From Octopus vulgaris (Eukaryota), in the NCBI GenBank assembly GCA_951406725.2, contig OX597829.1, forward strand, positions 48,484,001-48,548,000: a stretch of DNA of 64,000 nt, read 5' to 3'. The notes below the pieces were generated by a model, which was not told the DNA's origin, searched no databases, and was given only the letters and a program-made list of their open reading frames with translations. Positions 39,216 through 52,189 of this stretch are shown one piece after another; the stretch's first letter is position 1; the number at the start of each line of letters is the position of its first letter. A program made the translations under genes and the position numbers.

Positions 39216-40011
39216 AGCAACCATCATTACACTTACTTGCTGGATTCCCAAGCACGACCAACTAGCTATTATCCAATTGTCTTGTTCTTGATCTAAGTCT
39301 CCTACCGGCTGGCTAGGCTTTAAGAATCTGTTTTGCAATTCTTTCCAGTGATTCTAATCAGTTGACTGTAGTACCAGAGTTGTGATCTTCCAATGCAGAG
39401 AAATAGTGGTTTGACCTAGAGAGATACCCTAATCTCCAAGCTATGCACCCTGTTTCAGAACATTACTCCAAAGACCCTTCAGAAGAACTCACTTCAGTTG
39501 CTTTATTCATAATCATACTCTTTCAGCTATTTCCCAATATTTATGACGATTAAATGAGGATAGGCACAAAAAAAAAAAAAAAATGAATTGAAGATAGTGA
39601 GTTTAGCTTTTTTTAGCAATTTCTCTTCTGGGAATTGAATGCTGGAGTTGATGCATTACTATGTCAGCTCCTGCAATTCTAAGGAATTATTAGAAATTGT
39701 AATTCTAAATCTGCAATGTCTGATAGAATAGACAGTATGGTTATATCTGAAGGTGGTGAGCTGGCAGAAACATTAGCAAGCCGAGTGAAATGCTTAGCGG
39801 TATTTCGCCTGCCACTACGTTCTGAGTTCAAATTCCGCTGAGGTCGACTTTGCCTTTCATCTTTTGGGGTCGATTAAATAAGTACCAGTTACGCAATGGG
39901 GTCGATATAATCGACTTAATCCGTTTGTCTGTCCTTGTTTGTCCTCTCTGTGTTTAGCCCCTTGTGGGTAGTAAAGAAATAGGTTATATCTGAAATAGCT
40001 GTTGATTAAAG

Positions 40012-40219
40012 TATTTCGTTTTTGGATTTAGTTTGCAAGATTCTTTATATGAGTTCGTGTGTTGAAGCATATTCTGGTGTGTCTGGGGAGAGTCATTTTC
40101 TTTTTGTGCCTTATAATGTAACACACTCACCAGTAAAATTTCCACTTATTTTACTGGTGAGTGTGTTACATTATAAGGCACAAAAAGAAAATGACTCTCC
40201 CCAGACACAACAGAATATG
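40012..40219. repeat. fold-back insertion: 72-bp inverted repeat with 8-nt loop, flanked by a 10-11 bp direct repeat
   Basis: Arms 40068-40139 and 40148-40219 differ at one position; GTTGATTAAAG at 40001-40011 and 40219-40229. Confidence 0.9.
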
Positions 40220-40362
40220 TTGATTAAAGGTTTGTTTGTTTGTGCAGGACAGATCTATGGCAAAATCTCAATAAAATGTTATACCACACATTAAATATAT
40301 TAAAAACTTTTTTTTAATAAATTCTTTCCTTTAAATATAATTAAATAATGTATTTACATTTG

Positions 40363-40586
40363 TTAATCTTTTTTCACAGAGTCATTGGTAATAGTATTTT
40401 GTTTTGTATTAAATTCTTTGTTAGGAAACATATTTGAGAAAGCATCTTTTTTTCTATCGAAATATTTTACAAGTTCTTCATAATCTTCTTGCGCTAAGTC
40501 AAACAGAGTTTTTTTCGGGTCATCCTTTTGGGGTGGTCTGCAGATGCCAATATCAAAAAGACGACTTGATCCAATCAGGAAAAAAG
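40363..40586 (-). CDS. DMAC1/TMEM261-like (DUF4536) protein, last coding exon
   Basis: Acceptor ttttctttttggcAG in phase 1, matching the upstream donor; reads (T)FFLIGSSRLFDIGICRPP...KKD*. Confidence 0.75.
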
Positions 40587-40752
40587 CTGCCAAAAAGAAA
40601 AAGAGATAAATTCATAAATAGAATTCAAATAAACTGAACAATCAATCAATTTATCAGTGTTGTGACAAAATTTATCCCAAGTGCTACCTTCTAGAAATCT
40701 TGTCTCGAATTACATGGCTTCATGTTTTATTTCTGGTTTCTATAGCATTGAT

Positions 40753-42433
40753 ATGTGAACACTTGCACAGCCTAGGTCGTGGCGTTAAACTTGAGTCTAC
40801 CATCCAATGGGTGTGTGCATAATTTCATATTAGATTTGAACTTGTGACCAAGTTTATAATCGACAAAGATTTCACTCCTACGTACAGGCAAACAGACAAA
40901 TGAGAAGACATTTATTTATATGGAACCTGAGAGTGAGGTGAAGAATTGGGAGTGATAGTTTTACTTAGCTCCAAACCAGAGTTCTTATTGAGCACTTATA
41001 GAAGTGTACCAACCATGACCACCACACTGTTTTTGGACTGTACCCTAGGCAGCATAATGTATGGATAAGAGAGAAATCTTTTTACTGTATATACACTATA
41101 AGGGGAATTGAGCACTAAACAAACCAACAGTACCTGAATGCTACTGCTGCTTAGAGTGGTCAATCATAATTTCTGTTTACACACATAAAGGCTATAGGCA
41201 CAGGCATGGCTGTGTGGTAAGAATCTTGCTTCCCGACCACATGGTTCCTGCGTCAGTGTTTTCTACTATTGCCTCAAGCTGACCAGAGTCTCGTGAGTGG
41301 ATTTGCTAGATGGAAACCGAAGTCTGTCAAATATACGGCCGTTGCCAGCCTCGTCTGGCCCCCGTGCTGGTGGCACGTAAAAAGCACCATACGATCGTGG
41401 CCGTTTGCTAGCCTCGTCTGGCACCTGTGCAGGTGGCACGTAAAAAGCACCCACTACACTCACGGAGTGGTTGGCGTTAGGAAGGGCATCCAACTGTAGA
41501 AACACTGCCAGATCAGACTGGAGCCTGGTGCAGCCATCTGGCTTCCCAGACCCCAGTTGAACCGTCCAACCCATGCTAGCATGGAAAACAGATGTTAAAC
41601 GATGATGATGATATCTGTGTGTGTGTCTTTGTGACAGTGTTTGTCCTCCCATCACTGCTTTACAACTGGCGCTGGTGTGTTTATATCCCTGTAACTTAGT
41701 GGTTCAACAAAAGAGACCAAAAGAATAAGTACTAGGCTTGAAAAAGGTGGTGCTTTAGAATGGCTGCAGTCAAATGACTGTAACAAGTAAGTGTGATAAA
41801 GCTAGATCAAGCCAATAGGAAAACCTTTTTGTACCTTCTAAAACTGAAGTCAAATGGCCGTTTGCCAGCTCTGTCTGGCACCTGTGCAGGTGGCACGTAA
41901 AAAGCACCCACTACACTCACGGAGTGGTTGGCGTTAGGAAGGGCATCCAGCCGTAGAAACACTGCCAAATTTGACTGGGACTGATGAAGCCTTCCGGCCT
42001 CACAGACCCCAGTTAAACCGTCCAACCCATGCTAGCATGGAAAACGGATGCTAAATGATGATGAAATCTACCTGAAATTGCATTCAAATTTATCAGCTTA
42101 CAGAAAAAGACATTATGCTGTCTAGAGTACAGTCCCAAAACAGTGTGGTGGTCATGGTTGGTACACTTCAAATAGTGCTCAATAAGAACTCTGGTTTGGA
42201 GCTGAGTAAAACTATCACTCCCAATTCTTCACCTCACTCCCAGGTTCCATATAAATAAATAAATGTCTGCTCATTTTTGTCTGTTTGCCTGTACGTAGGA
42301 GGGCTGAGGAGTGAAATCTTTGTTGATTGGAAACTTGGTCACAAGTTCAAATCTAATCTGAGATTATGTACACAGCCATTGGATGGTAGACTCAAGTTTA
42401 ACGCCACGACCTAGGCTGTGCAAGTGTTCACAT
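40753..42433. repeat. intronic long inverted repeat (arms 40753-41060 and 42110-42433)
   Basis: Arms are reverse complements over about 300 bp with scattered substitutions and small indels; the ~1.05-kb spacer contains SINEs. Confidence 0.93.
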
Positions 42434-42914
42434 TATGGTCTCTGGTTTGACGACAATTTTCTTCCGTCCTCACATGACATCTGACGATATGCTGACTAAA
42501 GATCAAAACATGTGGATATCATCATCATCATTTTAATATCCATTTTCTATGCTGGCATGGGTTGGACGATTTGATAGGAGCTGGCAAGGCTAGGAGCAAC
42601 ACAAGGTTCCATTGTCAGTTTTGACATGTTTTCTGTGGCTGGATGTCTTTTTAATGTCAACCACTTTACAAAGTGTAATGGGTGCTTTTTATGTGGATCC
42701 AGCGTAATATAGATATTGTAAACATGCATTTATAGATAACTATAAATCTTCACTACCACACAAAAAAGGAAATAGAGAAAAGAAGCAAAAACCGAATCCT
42801 CAAACAAAATGCCAAACTGTATTAGAAACCGTCAAATAAAATGTCAGTTTGTCAAACCCTTCAGCATTCAGATTACTCTGTTAAATGTAATTCTTTACTT
42901 TTTTTTTTACTTGT

Positions 42915-43205
42915 TACATTATCCATTATGTCATTTTTACAGATGGTGATGTTGACTTGAGGTGATTTGGCTGCTGTTTCTAGCAGATCAAGAAACCACA
43001 TAGAGCTGCTCTTAATGGCTCAGTTTCTCATATTTTTACATATGGTGGTTATTGTTTAGCCCTCGGTCTGCCTGGATCAAATAGCCCTTTGATCAAAAGT
43101 GTTCTACTGATGACCATCCTGTCTATTTTGTATATCTAGGACTACATTGCCCTGAAGGCAATGTGTGATTTGAGAAAGATTTGGCTGCTGTTTCTAGCAA
43201 GTAAC
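42915..43205 (+). repeat. ~290-bp direct duplication of 45308-45600
   Basis: TTACATTATCCATTATG..TTTTTACAGAT...GATTTGGCTGCTGTTTCTA is present at both loci. Confidence 0.85.
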
Positions 43206-43206
43206 C

Positions 43207-43498
43207 ATGTTGGGGAAACTACCACCTGTGTCATCTCTTGTGAAAGGTAGGAGAGTCCAGTTTGCTGGACATTGTTGTAGAGCTGAAAAAGAGGTAATTT
43301 CTACTCTCCTCCTCTGGAAGCCATCTACTCGCGATACTAGAGGGTGCACACTCTCCTACCCTGATGTAATCTCCAGGGATACAGGCATCCAGCAACAGGA
43401 CCTCCGTAATGCCATGATGGCCCGTGAAGTCTGGTGTAGCATGGTAAATTCCATTGTCTCGACCACGGTCGAACAATGATGATGATGATGACAATGAT
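43207..43498 (+). mobile_element. RTE/RTE-X-type LINE 3' end with (TGA)n tail
   Basis: RRVQFAGHCCRAEKEVISTLLLWKP...DLRNAMMAREVW followed by TGATGATGA. Confidence 0.8.
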
Positions 43499-43522
43499 GG
43501 CAATACAAATATGCATACTTAC

Positions 43523-43856
43523 TGAAGCTCAATGGTAAAACCATTCCCAAGAATGGTAGTTTTTTCCCAACAAATTCTCTAGGTGGATTTCTCAGTTGGG
43601 TCAGCAAAATCAAGCTAATACCATAGCTGACTGAACTGCCTATATATTTGCAGGAAGCGCAGTCACCTTCCTGAACCCGAAATGCATTTTCTAACCAAGG
43701 ATATTTTTCGGCAAGGAATGAAGGAATGGGTGTAGGTTCTAGAATGTTCTTCTCTGACACATTATCATCATCATTGTTTGAATCTGGTGAAGTTGAAAAT
43801 ATCACTTGTCCGTCTTTTTTGTGCTTGAGTCCCAGAAACTCTTTTATAACGTCCAT
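43523..43856 (-). CDS. DMAC1/TMEM261-like (DUF4536) protein, first coding exon
   Basis: ATG at 43856 after an acceptor at 43871. Encodes DCASCKYIGSSVSYGISLILL (CxxC plus TM helix) and the start of a second TM helix; donor TTCA|GTAAGT in phase 1. Joined CDS is 558 nt. Family assignment is from recalled motif architecture, not a search. Confidence 0.75.
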
Positions 43857-44534
43857 TATGATGTATTTTCCTGCCAAGAGATTTTACAACAATTAACGAA
43901 AATAAATATTATATAAAATGAACACTCGACATACAAATAAAATAATAAACATATAAATAATCCCACAGACATAAGGGGACTTACAACCGTATTTCATGGT
44001 CTGCTACCACAACAGCTCCTTTATAGGATCCAGTTAGCTCAAGACATCATCAGGAGGGACCACGTCTTGTTTCGGCCCCTACTCCTCTACCATTTTGACG
44101 TGGCGGGGCCCCCCCCCCTTTCGGAGGTGTCTTCAGCTCTGGTGTTGGGTGCACGTCTTCTTTCTTCTGTTCCCTGGCCTCTTCGATGTATCGTCAGCGA
44201 GTGTCAGCCGGTGACTGACTGTCTTGTCGAATTTTTCCTTTAAATACCAGCCCCAGCAAGTTGTCACAATGAAAACATGACTAAATCAGCTCGTTAACCT
44301 TTTAGCATTTAGATTACCCTGACAAATGTAATACTCTTTACTCTTTTACTTATTTCAGTCATTTGACTGCAGCCATGCTGGAGCACCGCCTTTAGTCAAG
44401 CAAATCGACCCCGGGACTTATTCTTTGTAAGCCCAGTACTTATTCTATCGGTCTCTTTTTGCCGAACCGCTAAGTGACGGGGACGTAAACACACCAGCAT
44501 CAGTTGTCAAGCAATGCTAGGGGGACAAACACAG

Positions 44535-44577
<43 letters not shown>

Positions 44578-47024
44578 TACGACAGGCTTCTTTCAGTTTC
44601 TGTCTAACAAATCCACTCACAAGGCATTGGTCGGCCCGGGGCTATAGTAGAAGACACTTGCCCAAGATGCCATGCAGGGGGACTGAACCCGCAACCATGT
44701 GGTTGGTTAGCAAGCTACTTACCACACAGCCACTCCTGCGCCTGTTTATTTATTCTTAATTGTTTTGAATTTATCAAGTATTATCTCATAGATTTTGATG
44801 GTATGATTGTTTATTGCTAGAATGACATTGTAGGGTAGGTATGAGATGTCAGATATGGTTGGTTTAACCTTTTATCATTCAGGTTACTCTGTCAAATGTA
44901 ATTACTTATTTATTCACTGTATTTTGAAATAATTACACATTATCTCATAGCTTTGGGATTTTGATGATGTGATTGCTTATTTTTGGAATGACATTGTAGG
45001 ATAGGTATGAGATGTCAGATATGTCCGGTTTAATCCTTTAGCATTCAGGTTACTCTGTCAAATGTAATGCTTACTTATTTACTCACTAGGTTTTGAAATA
45101 ATTACATATTATCTCATAGCTTTTGACAATGCAATTGTTTGTTTTTAGAATGACATTTTAGGGCAAGCGTGAGAGGCTGCATTTGACCAATTTAAATGCT
45201 AGAGTTTAAGTGAAGTTTACACTTAACACACCAGTATGGAAAAAGAACTTTCAGTTTATCTGACGCCAACCATGACCACCCTGCCTTCTCACCATACTGC
45301 TCCCATTTACATTATCCATTATGCCATTTTTACAGATAGTAATGTTGACTTGAGGCGATTTGGCTGCTGTTTCTAGCAGATCAAGAAACCACATAGACCT
45401 GCTCTTAATGGCTCAGTTTTTCATATTTTTACATGTGGTGGTTATTGTTTAGCTCTCGGTCTGCCTGGATCAAATAGCCCTATGATCAAAAGTGTTCTAC
45501 TGATGACCGTCCGGTCTATTTTGTATATTTAGGACTACATTGTCCTGAAGGCAGTGTGTGATTTGGGAAAGATTTGGCTGCTGTTTCTATTGAGTAAGCA
45601 TGTTGGGGCTCCCTCATTCCCATTTGCAGCTTAGTTTAACCTTACTGTACACAAAACTTTAATATTAATCATAATGTTACAATTTACATTTGTGATGGAA
45701 ATTGTAGTTGTCATCCCTGTGCCAGTGGCACGTAAAAAGCACCATCCGAACGTGGCCAATGCCAGTGTCGCCTTGACTGGCTTCCATGCCAATGGCACGT
45801 AAAAAGCACCAACTGATTGTGGCCATTGCCAGCCTCGCCTGGTATCTGTGCCGGTGGCACGTAAAAAGCACCCACTACACTCACGGAGTGGTTGGCGTTA
45901 GGAAGGACATCCAGCTGTAGAAACACTGCCAGATCAGACTGGAGCCTGGTGCTGCCTCCTGGCTTCCCAGACCCCGGTCGAACCGTCCAACCCGTGGTAG
46001 CATGGAAAGCGGACGTTAAACGATGATAATGATGATGATGATGGCATGTGGCCAAGTGGCTAGGGTGTTCAACTCATGATTGTAAAGTCATGAGTTCAAT
46101 ACCAGGTGACGTGTCGTGTCCTTGAGCAAAACACCTTATTTCATGTTGCTCGGGTCCACTCAGCTGGCAAAAATGAGTTCTACTCATAATTCAAAAGAGC
46201 TAGTCTTATCTCATTCTCTGTATCATCACACTGAATCTCCCTGGGAACTACATTAAGGATGTTTGTGTCTGTGGAGCGCTCAGCCACTTGCATGTTAATT
46301 TCACAAGCAGGATGATATTCTGCTGATCAGATCAGCTGGAATACTCATTGTAACTGATGGAATGCCTGTTTCAATTATTTACAAATATTAAAAAAGATAT
46401 TTTCTCAAATGTGAGAATGTGTGCTACCGATTGATGTCAGAGACATTTAACCAAAGACCATTCTTTCATTTCATCATCATCATCGTTTAGCGTCCGCTTT
46501 CCATGCTAGCATGAGTTGGACAGTGCAACTGGGGTCTGGGAAGCCAGAAGGCTGCACCAGGCCCAGTCTTATTTGGCAATGTTTCTATGGCTGGATGCCC
46601 TTCCTAACGCCAACCACTCCGTGAGTGTAGTGGGTGCTTTTTACGTGCCACCGGCACTGGTATCACAGCTACAATACATTTAGATATATGAAATAGATCA
46701 AACACAATTCTTTCCGCTCTCTCCCTTCCAGTTGAAAGGTTTTTGTTTTGTAAGGTACTTGGTGACTTAGCACTGCTTCCATGTAAAAAGCATCCAGAAC
46801 ACTCTGTAAAGTGGCTGGTATTAAGAAGGGCATCCAGTTGTAGAAACCAGGCCAAAACAGACAATGGAACCTTATGTAGCTCCTGGCCTTACTGGCTCCT
46901 GTCAACCGTTCAGCTCATGCCAATATGGAAGACAGACATTGGGTGATGACAAAGACGATGTATATAGAATGAGAGACATGGCTGTGTAGATATAAAATTT
47001 GTTTCAGTCATGAGATTTTGAGGT

Positions 47025-48415
47025 CTCTCACAGCCTTGCCACTTTCGACAAACATTGATTGTCCACAACAGTTGACACATCCACTTGCATAGAAAATTCA
47101 GAACGCTGAAGAATATTAATGAGATGATGTTTGACATCGTTGGCTATTTCGTTGATGCTTCGAGAAATTGTGTTATTATTAAGTTGGATCTTCTTCATAA
47201 TGTTATTGGGTTTTTCATGTGTAACGGTTGTCAAAACCTCTTCAATAACTGGACAAAGTAATGTTTCTTCAATTGTGTGAGACTTCCCAGACTTAGCAAC
47301 AAGCAATACAATGTTGTATGATGCAATCAACCCATCATTCTCCTGTTTACTAGTTTCCTGGAGGAGCGTGTTGAATGTTTGTATTTGCTTTTTGAAAGAG
47401 GAGTTCAGTTGCAAAAAGGTATGACAATGGCTTGTCCTTCTTGTCAGAATGCTTTGCACCAAAGTGATACTTCAAGCGTGAAGGTTTCATTGCTTCGTTG
47501 GTCAATGTTTGATGGCAAAGAAGGCACATTGGTAACTGACAGTTCTGAGGAGAGGGAATAAATCCAAACGATAAATAATCATTATTGTACTGTCGACAAA
47601 TTTTCTTAACTGAAGGCATCAGTAAAGTGAAAATGTGAAAACGAATTTCTAAAGGCAGCATTGGAAAGGCAGTATGGTATTCTCAAAGAGAAGAAGCCAT
47701 ACAGCAGAGTCAGATGATACGTCTCAACTGGAGCAAATACAGATCTATTTCGTTTGGCTGCCAGCATTTCAAAAATTAGAGTTTATCAAAAATTTTAAAA
47801 TTTGCCACATTAATAAAGCTTTCCAAGCTAAATTGCTGGAGTTATTCAACTTTTTCCAGAAAAATGTTTTTAAAGAGTTATAGAGGTTTAAAGTTTGATC
47901 ATTTTCACTCAGTCAAGAAACACGATTTCAAAGCTGTCATTTTGTGTGTGACTGAACATTTTGTCAATATCCTGAAAATAGCACTTGTGTTTTGATATGA
48001 AACCATAGAATTATGCATGACTTGTAACCCCTCATAACTTTCTTTTTTTTTTTTCAGAGTTTTCAGAAAATTTTGTAAATTTGAATCCTATACGCAAGAC
48101 TTCATACGATTATGCCAAAAAAAAAAAAAATTTGTGGTAGAGTGTAATTTAAGGTTTAGGCCTATTTGGCTGCTATTTTTAGCACACATGACAACCATCT
48201 CAATGACTGCAGCAAAAATATTTGATAAACAAGTCTGCTTTTTTAATACAAACCGACATCTCATGTGAGTAGTCAAAGTAGATATAAGTAAATGGAGACT
48301 TAATTTCTAAAAGTTCATTGTCACCAACAAAATGTTCATATTATCCACCATTTTCTTGAAATTAGCCCATCGCCCAACAGTGGGCAATATCACCCACTTT
48401 GGGAAGCTATGCTGT
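47025..48415 (-). mobile_element. hAT (Charlie/Buster, ZBED5-like) transposon 5' part with frameshifted transposase
   Basis: RQYNNDYLSFGF...PMCLLCHQTLTNEAMKPSRLKYHF..KH and SYNIVLLVAKSGKSHTI.E.L...NTISRSI.EIA.DV; terminal-like CAGCATAGCTTCCCAAAGTGGG at about 48415. Confidence 0.88.
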
Positions 48416-48670
48416 AGAAATAGGTGTCAGAGGATATATTAAAACCAGGGTTCACTTGATGCTTGGGTGTCTTGGACGAGCTGTTATTTCACAGTAGGTG
48501 AAATAGGAGCAGGAGTGGCTGTGTGGTAAGTAGCTTGCTTACCAACCACATGGCTCTGGGTTCAGTCCCACTGCGTGGTATCTTGAGCAAGTGTCTTCTA
48601 TTATAGCCTCGGGCCAACCAAAGCCTTGTGAGTGGATTTGGTAGACGGAAACTGAAAGAAGCCTGTCGTG

Positions 48671-48713
<43 letters not shown>

Positions 48714-48943
48714 GTATGCACATGTCAGTGTGTGTGTGTGTTTGTCCCCCAACATCGCTTGACAACCGATGCTGGTGTGTTTACGTCACCGTAACTTAGC
48801 GGTTCGGCAAAAGAGACTGCTAGAACAAGTACTAGGCTAACAAAGAATAGGTCTTGAGGTCGATTTTTTATCGACTAAAGACGGTGCTCCAGTATGGCCA
48901 TAGTAAAATGACTGAAACAAGTAAAAGAGTATGTTTGTAAGTA

Positions 48944-49008
<65 letters not shown>

Positions 49009-49578
49009 ATGTATGTATGTATGTATGTATGCGTGTTTGTAGTAATGTTTAGTTGCATTGCAAAATCTTAAGAAAACATCAGTGATTTGCAGAAAGTTTA
49101 TCGATACCCGTAATAAACATCAGGTTGATGTGTTAACGATAGAACTTTCTACAGGGTCACTCGAAGCTTCTACATGGACGCTCATTGACAAGACAACATG
49201 TGGTCACGGAAACGACAATTTCAATGTTTACATTATTTCGAGTTAAAACTAAAGATCGCCTTTCCATCCAATCACGCCCTGCTGTCCTTTGAAACGGATA
49301 CATTAGATTATATATTGTGACAGCGAAAAAACAATGTAAAATAAATAAATAAAAACACGGTAGATGGTCGCAGTTGGAAAGCCTTTGATCATAAGTCTGC
49401 TCAATCATAGTTAACCGGGAAGCAAGTAAATCTCCGTCAAACGATACTCTGTCTTAATTAACAAGACGGAACAAAGTTTGTATTCATATAATTCTACTTA
49501 CTTCGCCTTGGTCTTATACGTTTTAAACAACCTTAATATCATTAAAAATGGCAATTTATCAGTCTTTTACATACATAT

Positions 49579-49643
<65 letters not shown>

Positions 49644-49870
49644 ATAATAAAGGGTGAAATTAATTAATTTAGAAATAATCATTAATTTCGGCATGTAAAA
49701 GCCCAATTCAAGGAAGGTTTAAGTAATATTAAGTAATTAAGGGTTTAGCAACGATTTGCCTCACCACACACCGAATTTAGAAATAGCAGTCAAAAAGTTT
49801 TGGCTATTCTTTCTACTTAAAAGGGAGATCCCAGTTTTTTGACTGATATATATATATATATATATATATA

Positions 49871-49999
49871 CCAACTAAGGACTGAACACGGAAAGTGGAC
49901 AGTCAACATGCTAGATATAGACGTCAAATCGCCATTCTCCACAAAAGATTATGTTCTCAAATCAAACTCGTCCACTTTTCGTGTTCAGTCCTTAATTGG
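49871..49999. repeat. short fold-back repeat between TA microsatellites
   Basis: CCAACTAAGGACTGAACACGGAAAGTGGAC ... GTCCACTTTTCGTGTTCAGTCCTTAATTGG; related sequence at about 10160-10350. Confidence 0.75.
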
Positions 50000-51444
50000 T
50001 ATATATAAATATTTAATCTTCGGATTCTTTTTTTTAATATGCTAGACCACTGGTTTTAATTGATAAATATTGATTTCTACGCTTAATTAATTATATATAT
50101 ATATATATATAGATAGATAGATAGATAGATAGATATATAGATAGATATACTTAGGTCACCTGAACGCTACGATAAAAGATAGACTAAACAAGAATGAAGT
50201 TTGTTTACTAATGAATTGCTGAGATAGCTAATATTAAGGCGAAATTGATAATAAAAAAAGACGTTTTAACATATAAAAAATATATATACATATATATTAA
50301 GCGAAATAATTACCTGTCTGAAATGTATGCGCTGCCTATTTCATTCTAAGTTTGCTAAGAATATATATATTATATTATATTTACAAAACTTGAGTATCGT
50401 CTAGTTTCACTTATAAACTGGTCACCTCTAACACATGCTTGAAAACAAGGTGAACTTTTTTTGTGTCAATAGAGTTATCGTTCGTGGTTGTAAGCTGAGA
50501 TAATTAATAATGCAGGTTCCCGGTAATGAATTGATGAAAGCGTGATTCGATTGCGATTCTCGTTTCGAAACAATTTTCTTTTGTTAAATAATTATCAAGG
50601 AAGGAGGAATCGATTATAATCGTTTTACCGTCGCTCCTAATAAAAAACTGTAAACTTTTTGTACGAAAGTAATGTCTTGTAGTATATAATTTTAATTTTC
50701 TCTAAATTTTCTTTTCGAAAGATGGGTTTAAGTTTGAATTTTTTTTTTTAAACTTTGGTAAATAAATAGCAGCAGAGAAAGGTTTAAATAGAAAGTGAGG
50801 GATGTTGGGAAGTGGTTTGCCGTACTTAGTTACGTATTTTTACGTGCTGTGTTCAAATCGGGCCAGAGTTACCTATATATTTCCCCCACTTACCTGTAGT
50901 CAATATATATATATATATATTAAAAAAAATAGTATCGATATATATAGAAGGTAACGATTATTATTTAAGTGTAAGAAACATTTATTTTGACTTTTTTCAT
51001 TCATTTATTTTTCAGTATAGAGGCGGCGAGCTGGTAGAAACGTTATCACGCCGGACGAAATGCTTACCAGTATTTCGTCTGCCGCTTGTACGTAGTAAAG
51101 AAATAGGTATTTCGTCTGCCGCTACGTTCTGAGTTCAAATTCCGCCGAGGTCGACTTTGCCTTTCATCCTTTCGGGGTCGATTAAATAAGTACCAGTTAC
51201 GCACTGGTGTCGATATAATCGACCTAATCCGTTTGTCTGTCCTTGTTTGCCCTCTCTGTGTTTAGCTCCTTGTGGGTAGTAAAGAAATAGAAATAGGTAT
51301 TTCATCTGTCTTTACTTCTGACCGATAGAATAAGTACTAGGCTTCCAAAGAATAAGTCCTGGGGTCAATTTGCCCGACTAAAGGCGGTGCTCCAGCATGG
51401 TCGCAGTCAAATGACTGAAACAAGTAAAAGAGTAGGGGAAAATG

Positions 51445-51862
51445 GGGATCTTTTTGGTTTGAACGGCAGTTTTTTAAAATAATTTCCACGTAACTAAACA
51501 CTTTTAAACTTCGTATACTGGTAGAATGTGTTTATAAAACATCTTTTTCTCTTGGCTTTATTAAGGAAATTCTATAGTTTGTAAGATATTTGTTGCTTTT
51601 TTTCTTCAATTTCTGCTATTTCAACCAATCAATGACGTCTATTGAGGTGAAAACAATCTGTGCCATATGAATATGTCCCTCGTCTAAGAAACAGATTGGG
51701 TTTATTTACATTTGTGAAGAAAAAAAGATACCCTTCTCCCCACCCCTAATCCTAACCCTAAAACATTGAAATGCAATAGATCGATACTAGGGTCATAATT
51801 ATGGGTGACAATTTCATATGACTACGCTAGAAAAAAACTGCCGTTCAAACCGAAAAGATCCC
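51445..51862. mobile_element. MITE with ~30-bp TIRs and a short telomere-like tract
   Basis: GGGATCTTTTTGGTTTGAACGGCAGTTTTTT ... AAAAAACTGCCGTTCAAACCGAAAAGATCCC; internal CCCTAATCCTAACCCTAA. Confidence 0.85.
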
Positions 51863-52189
51863 TCACTTTATTTTCAGCAGAAACAAAGAAACTGATTAAC
51901 ATTGTGCCGCTTTCTTGTGAGCTTCTTTGTATTACCTTCCAACCACATTGGCATTAAATCAGCATAGAAGATTTTCAAGTGTGCAGAAAAGGTTCAGAAA
52001 GGTTTCTGCAGTTTTCATCTTTTAAAGTAAACTTTTTATTTATTAGAAATATTCAGTTTGCTTACTAAATTACAATAGTCAGGGAAGAATGCTTTTCTTT
52101 TTTCTTTTTTTTTTTTTCTTTTGAGTTGATTGTTTTGATGAAAGTAATCAAAATGGGGCAGTAAATAACTTGACTCAGTTCCAATTTGG

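Noticed and set aside
47028-47661. Domesticated ZBED5/SCAND3-like gene
   Set aside because: Frameshifted, truncated near the first catalytic residue, and retains a transposon-like end.
51740-51762. Interstitial telomere
   Set aside because: Only about three degenerate units, internal to a MITE.
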